The notes beneath the pieces are model-generated. The model was not told the origin of the DNA. It searched no databases and worked only from the letters and a program-made list of their open reading frames with translations. A program made the position numbers and the translations under genes. Shown piece after piece: positions 30,319 through 41,400 of a stretch of DNA of 64,000 nt; position 1 is the first letter of the stretch, and each line of letters opens with the position of its first letter. This stretch comes from the human T2T-CHM13v2.0 reference genome, Homo sapiens: NCBI RefSeq assembly GCF_009914755.1, contig NC_060948.1. One strand, given 5' to 3'.

Positions 30319-30972
30319 CCTTTTCCACCATAGGCCTCAAAGCACTCCAAATATCCACTTGCAGATTCTACAAAAAGAGATTTTCCAAACTAGTCAATCA
30401 AAAGAAAGGTTCAACTCTGTCAGTTGAATGCACATATCACAAACAAGTTTCTCGGAATGCGTCTGTGTAGTTTTTATGTGAAGATATTTCCTTCTCCACA
30501 ACAGGCCTCAAAGTGCTCCGAATATCCACTTGCAGATTTTACTAAAGAGTGTTTCCAAACTGCTCAATCAAGAGGAAGTTTCAAGTCTGTGAGCTGAACG
30601 CACACATCACAAAGTAGTTTCTGAGAATGCTTCTGTGTAGTTTTTATGTGAAGATGTTTCCTTTTCCACCATAGGCTGCAAAGGGCTCCAAATATCCACT
30701 TGCAGATTCTACAAAAAGAGAGTTTCAAAAGTGCTCTATCAAAAGATAGGTTCAACTATGTGATATGAATGCACACATCACAAAGTAGTTTCTCAGAATG
30801 CTTCTGTGTAGTTTTTATGTAAAGATATTTCCTTTTCCACCATAGGCCTCAAAGCACTCCAAATATCCACTTGCAGATTCTACAAAAAGAGATGTTCAAA
30901 ACTATTTAATCAAAAGAAAGGTTCAAATCTGTCAGTTGAAGGTACATATCACAAACAAGTTTATTGGAATGC

Positions 30973-33219
30973 TTCTGTGTAGTTTTTATGTGAAGATATT
31001 TCCTTTTCCACAACAGGCCTCAAGGTGCTCCAAATATCCACTTGCAGATTTCACTAAAAGTGTGTTTCCAAACTGCTCAATCAAGAGGAAGTTTCAAGTC
31101 TGTGAGGTGAATGCACACATTACAAAGAAGTTACTGAGAATGCTTCTGTGTAGTTTTTATGTGAAGATATTTCCTTTTCCACCGCAGGCCTCAAAGCGCT
31201 GCAAATATCCACTTGCAGATTCTACAAAAAGAGAGTTTCAAAACTGCTGTATCAAAAGATAGGGTCAACTCTGCGAGTTGAATAAACACATCACAAATAA
31301 GTTTCTGGGAACGCTTCTGTATAGTTTTATGTGAATATATTTCCTTTTCCACCATATGCCTCAAAGCACTCCAAATATCCACTTGCACATTATAGAAACA
31401 TAGTCTTTCAAAACTTGTCAATCAAAGAAAGGTTCAACTCCGTGAGATGAGTGCACACATCACAGAGAAGTTTCTCGGAATGTTTCTGTGTAGTTTTTAT
31501 GTGAAGATATTGCCTTTTCCACAATAGGCCTCAAAGCGTTCCAAATATCCAATTGCAGATTCCACAAAAAAAGTTTTTTAAAACTGCTCAATCAAATGAT
31601 AGATTAAACTCTGTGAGATTAGTGCACACATGTCAAAAAAGTTTCTCAGAATGCTTCTGTGTACTTTTTAGGGGAAGATATTTCCTTTTCCACCATCGGT
31701 CACAAAGGACTCCAAATAACCACATGCAGATTCTAGTAACACAGAGTTTCAAAACTGCTCTATCAAAAGATAAGTTCAACTCTGAGAGTTTAGTGCAACC
31801 ATCGTGAAGAAGTTTCTCAGAATGCTTCTGAGTAGTGTTTATGTGAAGATATTTCCTTTTCCACCATAGGCCTGAAAGCCCTCCAAATATCCACTTGCAG
31901 ATCCTACAAAAAGAAAGTTTCGAAATGCTCTCTCAAACGATAGTTTCGACTCTGTGGTATGAATACACACATCACAAAGAAGTTTCTCAGAATGCTTCTG
32001 TGTAGTTTTTAAATGAAGATATTTCTTTTTCCACCATAGGCCTCAAAGCACTCCAAATATGCACTTCCAGATTCTACAAAAAGAGTGTTTCAGAACTGCT
32101 CAAACAAAAGGAAGGTTCCAGTCTGAGACAAATACACACATCAAAAGGTAATTTCTCAGAATGCTTCTGTGTAGTTTTTATGTGAAGATATTTTCCTTTC
32201 CACCATAGGCCACAAATGGCTCTAAATACCCACTTACATTTTCCACAGAAAGAGAGTTTCAAAACTGCTCTACCAAAGGTAAGTTTAACGCTGTGAGTTA
32301 AGAACATCACAAAGAAGTTTCTCAGAATGCTTCTGTGTAGTTCTTATGTAAAGATATTTCCTTTTACACAATAGGCAGAAAAGTGCTCCAAATATCCACT
32401 TGAAGATTCTACAAAAACCGTGTTTCAAAACTGCCGAATCAAAAGAAAGTTTCAACTCTGTGAGATGAATGCACACATAACAAAGGAGTTTCTCAGAATG
32501 CTTCTGTGTAGCTTTTATATGAAGATATTTAGTTTTCCACAACAGGCCTCAAAGCTCTCTCCATATCCACTTGCAGATTCTACCGAAAGAGTGCTTCCAA
32601 ACTGCTCAATCAAAAGAGACATTCAAATCTGTGAGGTGAATGCAGACATCGTAAAGAAGTTTCTCAGAATGCTTCTGTGTATTTTTTGTGTGAAGTTATT
32701 CGTTTTTGCACCATAGGCCTCCAAGCGTTCTAAATATCCACTTCTAGATTCTACAAAAAGAGAGTTTCAAAACTACTCAAACAAAAGGTTCAATTCTGTG
32801 AGTTGAAAGCAAACATCACAAAGAAGTTTCTCAGAATGCGTCTGTGTAGTTTTTATGTGAAGATATTTCCTTTTCACAATAGAATGCAAAGGGCTCCAAA
32901 TATCCACTTGGAGATTCTACAAAAAGAGTTTCAAAACCGCTCTGTCAAATGATAGGTTGAACTCCCGGAGGTGAATACACACATCACAAAGAGGTTTCTC
33001 AGCATGCTTCTGTGTAGTTTTTATGTAAACATATTTCCGTTTCTATCATAGGCCTCAAAGTGCTCCAAATATTCACTTGTACATTCTACCAAACGAGTAT
33101 TTCAAAACTGCTCAATCAAATGGAAGGTTCAAAACTGTGACATGAATGCCCACATCACAAAGTAGTTTCTCAGAATGCTTCTGTGTAGTTTTTATGTGAA
33201 GATATTTCCTTTTCCACAA
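30973..33219 (-). repeat. Truncated terminal HOR unit (about 13 monomers) with extra SNVs
   Basis: Matches unit positions 1-2247 at offset 30972. Identity ends at 33220 (tccacaaTaggtaac versus tccacaaCagcgtgc in the HOR). Confidence 0.9.
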
Positions 33220-33787
33220 TAGGTAACAAAGCGCTCTGAAGTTCCAATTGCACACCCTACAAAAAGAATGTTTCAAAACTGCTCAATCAAATGAAAGGTT
33301 ACACTCTGTGAGATGAATGCACACATCACAAAGAAGTTTCTCAGAATGCTTCTGTGTAGTTTTTAGGGGAACACATTTCCTTTTCCACCATTGGCCACAA
33401 AAGGCTCCAAATAATCACACGCAGAATCTACAAAAAGAGAGTTTCAAAACTGCTGTATGAAAAGATAGGTTCAACTCTACGAGTTGAATGCACACATCAC
33501 AAAGAAGTTTCTTAGAATTTTTTTGTGTAGTTTTTATGTGGAGATGTTTCATTTCCCACCATATGCCTCAAAGCATTCCAAATAACCCCTTGCAGATTCT
33601 ATGAAAAGAGTGTTTCAAAAGTTTTCAGTCAAAAGAAAAGTTCAACTCTGTGAGTTGAATGCCCACATCAGAAAGAGGTTTCTCATAATTCTCCCGTATA
33701 GTTTTTATGTGAAGATATTGCCATTTCCACAACAGACCTGCAAGGGCTCAAAAAATCCACTTGCAGATTCTACAAAAAGAGAGTTTA

Positions 33788-34095
<308 letters not shown>

Positions 34096-37000
34096 GAGAG
34101 AGATTTTAAAAACTGCTCTATCAAAAGATATGTTCAACTCAGTGAGTTGAATGCACACATGACAAGGAAGTTTCTCAGAGTGCTTCTGTGTAGTTTTTAT
34201 GAGTAGATATTTCCTTTTCCACAATGGGCCTCAAGGGGCTCCAAATATCCATTTACAGATTCTACAAAAAGTGTGTTTGAAAACTGCTCAATCAAAATAA
34301 ACCTTCAACTCTGTGAGATGAATGCACACACCACAAAGAAGTTTCTCAGAATGATACTGTGTAGTTTTTATGTGAAGCTAATTCCTTTTCCACCACAGGC
34401 CACAAAGTGCTCCAAATATCCACTTGCAGCCTCTACAAAGAGAGAGTTTCAAAACTGCTATATCAAAAGATAGGTTCAACTCTGAGATGAATGCAGACAT
34501 CACAAAGAAGTTTCTCAGAATGCCTCTGTGTAGTTTTTATGTGAAGATTTTTCCTTTTGACCATAGGACTCAAAGTGCTCCACATATCCACTTGCAGATT
34601 CTACAGAAAGAGTGTTTCCAAATTGCTCCGTCAAAAGAAAGGTTCAACTCTGTGAGATGAATGCAAACAAAACAACTAAGTTTCTGAGAATGCTTCTGTG
34701 TAGTTTTTATGGGAAGATATTTCCCTTTCCACAATAGGCCTCAAAGCACAGCAAATACTTGCAGAATCTACAAAAGTGTGTTTCAAAACTGCTCAATCAA
34801 ATCAAATATCCAACACTGTGAGATGAATGCACTCTTCAAAAGAAGGTTCCCAGAATGGTTCTGTGTAGTTTTTATGTTCAGATATTTCCTTTTCCATTAT
34901 CAGCCAGAAAGGACTCCAAATACCCACTTGCAGATTCTACAAAAAGAGAGTTTCAAAACTGCTCTATCAAAAGATAGGTTCAACTCTGCGAGTTGAATAC
35001 ACACATCGCAAAGTAGTTTCTCAAAATGCTTCTGTGTAGTTTTCATGTGAAGGTATTTCCTTTTCCACCATAGGCCTCAAAGTGCTCCAAATATCCACTT
35101 TCAGATTCTATAAAAAGAGTGTCAAAACTGCTAAATCAAAAGAAAGTTGAACAATATGAGATGAATGCACACAAAACAAATAAGTTTCTGAGAATACTTC
35201 TGTGTAGTTTTTATGTGAAGATATTTCCTTTTCCACAACAGGCCTCAAAGCACTCAAAATATACACTTGCAGATTCTCCAGAAAGAGTGTTTCAAAATTG
35301 CTCAATCAAATGAAATGTTCAACTCTGTTAGATGAAAGCATGCAACACAAAGATGATTCACAGCATGCTTCTGTGTAGTTTTTAGGGGGAAATTTTTCCC
35401 TTTCCACCATCAGCCTCAAAGTGGTCCAAATAACCACGTGCAGATTCTACAAAAGGGAGTTTCAAAACTGCTCTATCAAAAGAGAGGTTCAACTCTGCGA
35501 GTTGAATGCACACATCACAAAGAAGTTTCTTCTAATGCTTCTGTGTAGTTTTTAAGGGAAGATATTTCCTTTTACACCTTTGACCCCAAAGCGCTCCAAA
35601 TATCCACTTGCAGATTCTATGAATAGAGTGTTTCAAAACTGCTCAATCATAAGAAAGTTTCAACTCTGTGATATGAATGGACACATCCAAAAGAAGTTTC
35701 TTATAATGCTCCTGTGTAGTTTTTACGTGAAGATATTTCCTTTTTCACAATAGACTTCCAAGTGCACCAAATATTCACTTGCAGATTCTACTAAAAGAGT
35801 GTTTCCAAACTACTCAATCAAAAGAAATGTTCAACTCCGTGAGATGAATGCACACATCACAAAGAAGTTTCTCCGAATGCTTCTGTGTAGATTTTGTGGA
35901 AAGATATTTCCTTTTCCACAATAGGAATCAAAGCACAGAAAATATCCACTTGAAGACTCTACAAAAAGAATGTTTCAAAACTGCTCAATCAAAAGAGAGT
36001 TTCAACTCTGTGAGATGAGTGCACACATCAGAAAGAAGTTTCTTAGAATGCTTCTGTGTAATTTTTATGTAAAAATATTTCCTTTTCCACCATGTGCCCC
36101 AAAGGTCTCCAAATATCCACTTGAAGATTCTACAAAAAGTGAGTTTAAAAACTCCTCTATCAAAAGATAGGTTGAACTCTGTGAGATGAATGCACACATC
36201 ACAAAGAAGTTTCTCAGAATGCTTCTGTGTAGTTTTTATGTGAAGATATTTCCTTTTCCATCGTAGGCCTGAAAGAGCTCCAAATATGCACATGTAGATT
36301 CTACAAAAAGAGTGTTTCAAAACTGCTCAATCAAAAGAAAGTTCAACTCTGTGAGGTGAATGCACACATCACAAAGAAGTTTCTCAGAATGCTTCTGTGT
36401 TGTTTTCATGTGAAGATATTTCCTTTCCCACCATAGGCCTCTAAGTGCTTCAAATTTCCACTTCCAGGTTCTATAAAAAGAGAGTTTCCAAATGGCTTAA
36501 TCTAAAGAAAGTTTTAACTCTCTGAGATGAATGCACATATCAGAAATGAGTTTCTTGGAATGCTTCTGTCTAGTTTCTAAGTGAAGATATTTCCTTTATC
36601 TCAGTAGGCCACAAAGCCCTCTAAATATCCTCTTGCAGATTCTACAAATAGTGTGTTTCAAAACTGCTCAATCAAAAGAAATGTTCAAGTCTGAGGGATG
36701 AATGTACACATCACAAAGAAGTTTCTCAGAATACTTCTGTCTAGTTTTTATGTGAAGATATTTCCTTTTCCACTATAGGCGGCAAAGCCCTCCAAATATC
36801 CGCTTGCAGATTCTACAAAAAGAGTGTTTCAAAACTACTCAGTCAAAAGAAAGGTTCAACTCCGTGAGTTGAATGCACACATCACAAATAAGTTGTTCAG
36901 AATGCTTCCGTCTAGATTTTACGTGACGATATTTCCTTTACCGGCAAAGGATGCAATTCGTTCCAAACATCCCCTTACAGATTTTACTAAAAGAGTCTTG

Positions 37001-38450
37001 CAAAACTGCTGAATCAAAATAAAGGTTCAACGCTGTAAGATGAATGCACACAACACATTGAAGCTTTTCAGAATGCCTCCATCTGGTTTTTATATGAAGA
37101 TATTTCCTTTTCCACAATAGACCTCAAAGTGCTCTAAATGTACACTTGCAGGTTCTGCAAAAAGGGTGTTTCAGAACTGTTCAATGAAAGGAAGGTTCAA
37201 CTCCGTGAGACCAATGCACAGATTACGAAGGAGTTTGTCAGAATATTTCTGTGTCCTGTTTGTGTGAAGATATTTCCCTTTCCACCATAGGCATCAAAGT
37301 GCTCCAAATGTCCACTTGCAGATTCTACAAAAACTGTGTTTGCAAGATGCTCAATCGAAAGAAATGTTCAATTCTGAGATGAATGCACACATCACAGAGA
37401 AGTTTCTCAGAATGATTCTTTCTAGTTATTATGTGAAGATATTTCGTTATTCACCATATGCCTCAAAGCAATCTTAATGTCCTCTTGTAGATTCTACAAA
37501 AACTGTGTTTCCAAGCTGTTCAATCAAAAGAAATATTCAATTCTGTGAGACGAATGCACACATCACAAAGAAGTTTCTCAGAATGGTTCTGTCTAGTTAT
37601 TATTTGAGGATATTTCGTTATCCACCAAAGGACTCAAAGAGCTCCAAATGTTCACTTGCAGATTCTACAAAAAGAGTGTTTCAAAACTGTTCAATGGAAA
37701 TTAAGGTTCAACTCTGTGAGATGAATGCACACATCACAAAGAAGTTTGTCAGAATGTTTCTCTCTATAGTTTTTATGTGAAGACACTTCCTTTTCCATCA
37801 TAGGCTTCAAGGCGCTCCAAAAGTCCACATGCAGATTGTACAAAGTGTTTCACGGCTGTTTAATCAAATGAAAGTTTCAACCCTGTGAGATGAATACACA
37901 CATCACAAAGAAAATTATCAGAATGCTTCTGTCTAGTTTTGTGAAGATATTTCCTTTTCCAGAATAGGCCTCAATGTACTCCAAGTGTCCAGTTGCAGAT
38001 ATTAAAAAAAATGGTGTTTCAAAACTGCTCAATCAAAACTAAAGTTCAACTCTGTGAGTTCAATGCATATATCACAAAGAAGTTTGTCAGAATGCTTCTG
38101 TCTAGTTTTTATGTGAAGATAGTTTCTTTTCACCTTATGCCTCAAATCGCTCCATATGTCCACTTGCAGATTCTGCAAAAAGAGTTTTTCCAATCTGTTC
38201 AATAAAAAGAAAGGTTCAACTCTGTGAGAAGAATGAACAAATCACACAGAAGTTTCTCAGAATGCTTCTGTCTAGGTTTTATGTGAATATATTTCCCTTT
38301 CCACCATAGGCGTCAAAGTGCTCCAGTCCACTACACTGCATTCCATTTCGTCCCATTCCATTCCACTCCAATCCACTCCACTCCAATGCACTCCATTCCA
38401 TTCCATTCCTTTCGATTCCACTCTATTCCAATCCAGGGTATTCCATACAA

Positions 38451-41400
38451 TTTTTTGAAAGGATCTCATTCTGTCTCCCAGGTTGGAGTGCAGTGGCACA
38501 GTGTCAGCTCACATTTCATTTCAACATTCCATTCCATTCCGTGGCATTCCATTCCATTCTATTCCATTCCACTCCACACCACTCCACTCCACTCCATTCC
38601 ATTCCATCCCATTCCACTCCACTACATTCCACTCGACTCCACTCCACTCCACTCGACTCCACTCCACTCCACTCGACTCCACTCCAATATACTCAGTTTC
38701 AATTCCATTCCATTCCATTCAACTCCATTGCATAACACTCCTTTATTTTGACAGGATCTCACCCTGTCAAAAAGTCTGGACTGCAGTGTCACAATCTCAG
38801 CTCACATTTCATTTCACCATTCCATTCCATTCGATTCCATTCCTTTCAACTCCATTCCATTCCACTTCACTCCACTCCACTCCATTCTACCCCAATCCCT
38901 TCCATTACACTAACTTCCATTCCATTCCTTTCTTCTGACAGGATGTCACTCTGTCATCCAGGCGGGAGTGCACTGGAACAATCTTAGCTGATATTTCACT
39001 TCACCTTTCCAATGCCTTGCCTTCCATTCCATTCCATTCCATTCCATTCCATTCCATTCCATTCCATTCCATTCCGTAACATTCCACTCCACTGCACCCA
39101 ACTCCAATCCACTCCACTTCAGTCCACTCCACTTCAATCCACTCAAATCCATTCCCTTCAATTCCACTCCATTTCATTCCACTCCATTACCCGCCACTCC
39201 ACTCCAGTCCACTCCACTCCATCCCATTCCATCCCACTCCATTCCACTCCATTCCACTCCACTCCACTCCATTCCATTCCAATCCATCCCACCCATTCCA
39301 CTCCATTCCACTCCACTCCACATCATTCTAGTCCACTCCACTCCACTCCATTTCGTTGAATCTCATTCCATTCCACTCCATTCCACTTCACTCCACTCCA
39401 CACCACTCCACTCTACTCCACTCCATTCCATCCCATTCCATTCCACAGCATTCCACTCCACTCCACTCCAGTAAACTCCACTCGACTCCATTGCATTCTA
39501 TTCCATTTCAATCGATTCCACTCCACTCCATCCCTTTCTTTCGACAGGATCTCACTCTGCTCCACATTCTACAATGCAGTGGCACAACCTCAGCTCACAT
39601 TTAATTTCACCATTCCATTCCATTCCATTCCATTCCATTCCATTCCACTCCACTCAACTCCAATCCATTCCACTCCAGTACATTCCATTAATACCAGTCC
39701 ACTCTACTACACTCCATTCCATCCCATTCCAATTCACTCCATTCCATTCTCCTCCACTCCACTCCAATCCACTCTACTCCACTACACTCTATTTCACTGC
39801 ACTCCATTCTATTCTACTCCATTGCATTCCATTCAATTCCACTCCATTCCACTCCACTGCCCTCCATTCCATCCCATTTCATTCCATTCCATTCCACTAC
39901 ATGCACTCCACTAGGCTCCACTCCATTTCATTGTATTCCATCCCATTCCTTTCCACTCGACTCCACTCCACTCCACTCCACGCCACTCCACTCCACTCCA
40001 TTCCATTCCATTCTATTCCATTCCATCCCATTCCTCTCCATTCCATTCCACTCCACTCAACTCCATTCAATTCCTTTCCATTCCACTCCACTTCATTGTA
40101 TTCCATTCCTTTCTTTAAATAGGATCTCACTCTGTTACACAGGCTGGAGGGCAGTGCCACAATCTAGATCACATTTCATTTCACCATTCCTTTCTATTCC
40201 ATTATATTCCACTCCATTCCACTCCTCTCTATTCAATCCCATTCCATTCCACTCCAATCCAATCCACTACACTACACTCCGTTCCTTTCCATTACATCAT
40301 ATTCCACTCCACTTCATTCCACGCCAATCGACTCCACTCCATTCCATTCCATTTCATTCCAATACACTCCATTACATTATATCCCTTTCTTTTGACAGAA
40401 TCTCACGCTGTCACCCAGGCCGGAATGCAGTGACACAATCTCAGCTCACATTTCATTTCACAATTCCATTCCATTGCGTTCTGTTCTGTACTGTTCTGCT
40501 GCATTCCACTCCACTCAATTCCACTCAACTAAACTCCAATCCACTCCCCTCAACTCCACTGCCATACACTCCACTTCAATACACTCCATCTCAATCCTTT
40601 CCACTCCATCCACTCCACTGCACTCCACTCCACTACATTCCATTTTATTCCATCCCATTCCATTCCACTCCTTTCAAAACCATTCCACTTCACTCCATTC
40701 CATTCCATTCCAACCCTTTTCATTCCATTCCATTCCATTCCATTCCATTCCATTCCATTCCATTCCATTCCATTCCATTCCATTTCATTTCATTCAGTTG
40801 GAATCCATTCCATTCCACTCGTTTCCATTCCATTCCTTTCCATTCCATTCCATTCCATCCCATTCCACTCCATTCCATTCCACTCCACTCCACTCCATTC
40901 CCCTCCTATCCACTTCATTACATTCTACTCCACTCCATTACATTCCTTTCTTTAGGCAGGATCTCACTCTCTCACCCAGGCTGGAGTGCAGTGGTGAATC
41001 TCAGCTCACATTTCATTTCTCCGTTCTATTCCATTCCATTCCATTCCATTCCATTCCATTCCATTCCATTCCACTCCACTCCAAACCATTCTATTCCATT
41101 CCATTCCATTCCATTCCATTCCATTCCACTCCACTCCAAACCATTCTATTCCATTCCATTCCATTCCATTCCACTGCATTTGCAGTCCACTGCTCTCCAT
41201 TCGACTCCACTCCACTCCACTCCACATCATTCCATTCCTATGCATCCCATTCTATTCGGCTGCAACCCCCTCAACTCCACTCCACTCTACTACACTCCAG
41301 TCCACTCCACTCTACTCCACTCCACTCCATTACACTCCATTCCATTCCATTCAACTCCATTCCATTCAATTCTTTTCCTTCAACAGAATCTCACTCTGTC

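Larger units (their letters stand above)
23141..30972 (-). repeat. 46-monomer HOR variant (7832 bp = 34-mer + 2 + 10 monomers)
   Basis: ORF-track offset jumps from 5785 to 7832 (23359 to 31191). Offset rises by 342 bp after ~27240 (ORF 22139 to 28266 = 6127) and by a further 1705 bp after ~28614. Confidence 0.93.
1..33219 (-). repeat. DYZ3: Alpha-satellite higher-order repeat array (DYZ3-like, human chrY centromere), terminal part
   Basis: Tandem ~171-bp monomers (gttcaactctgtgagatgaatgcacacatcacaaagaagtttctcagaatgcttctgtgtag, reverse complement of the usual alphoid consensus). Identical ORF-track entries recur every 5785 bp (219, 6004, 11789, 17574, 23359), about 34 monomers. EcoRI site at 3736 and HindIII site at 2533 recur with the unit. 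A ~5.8-kb 34-mer lacking CENP-B boxes is the established signature of DYZ3. Confidence 0.95.
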
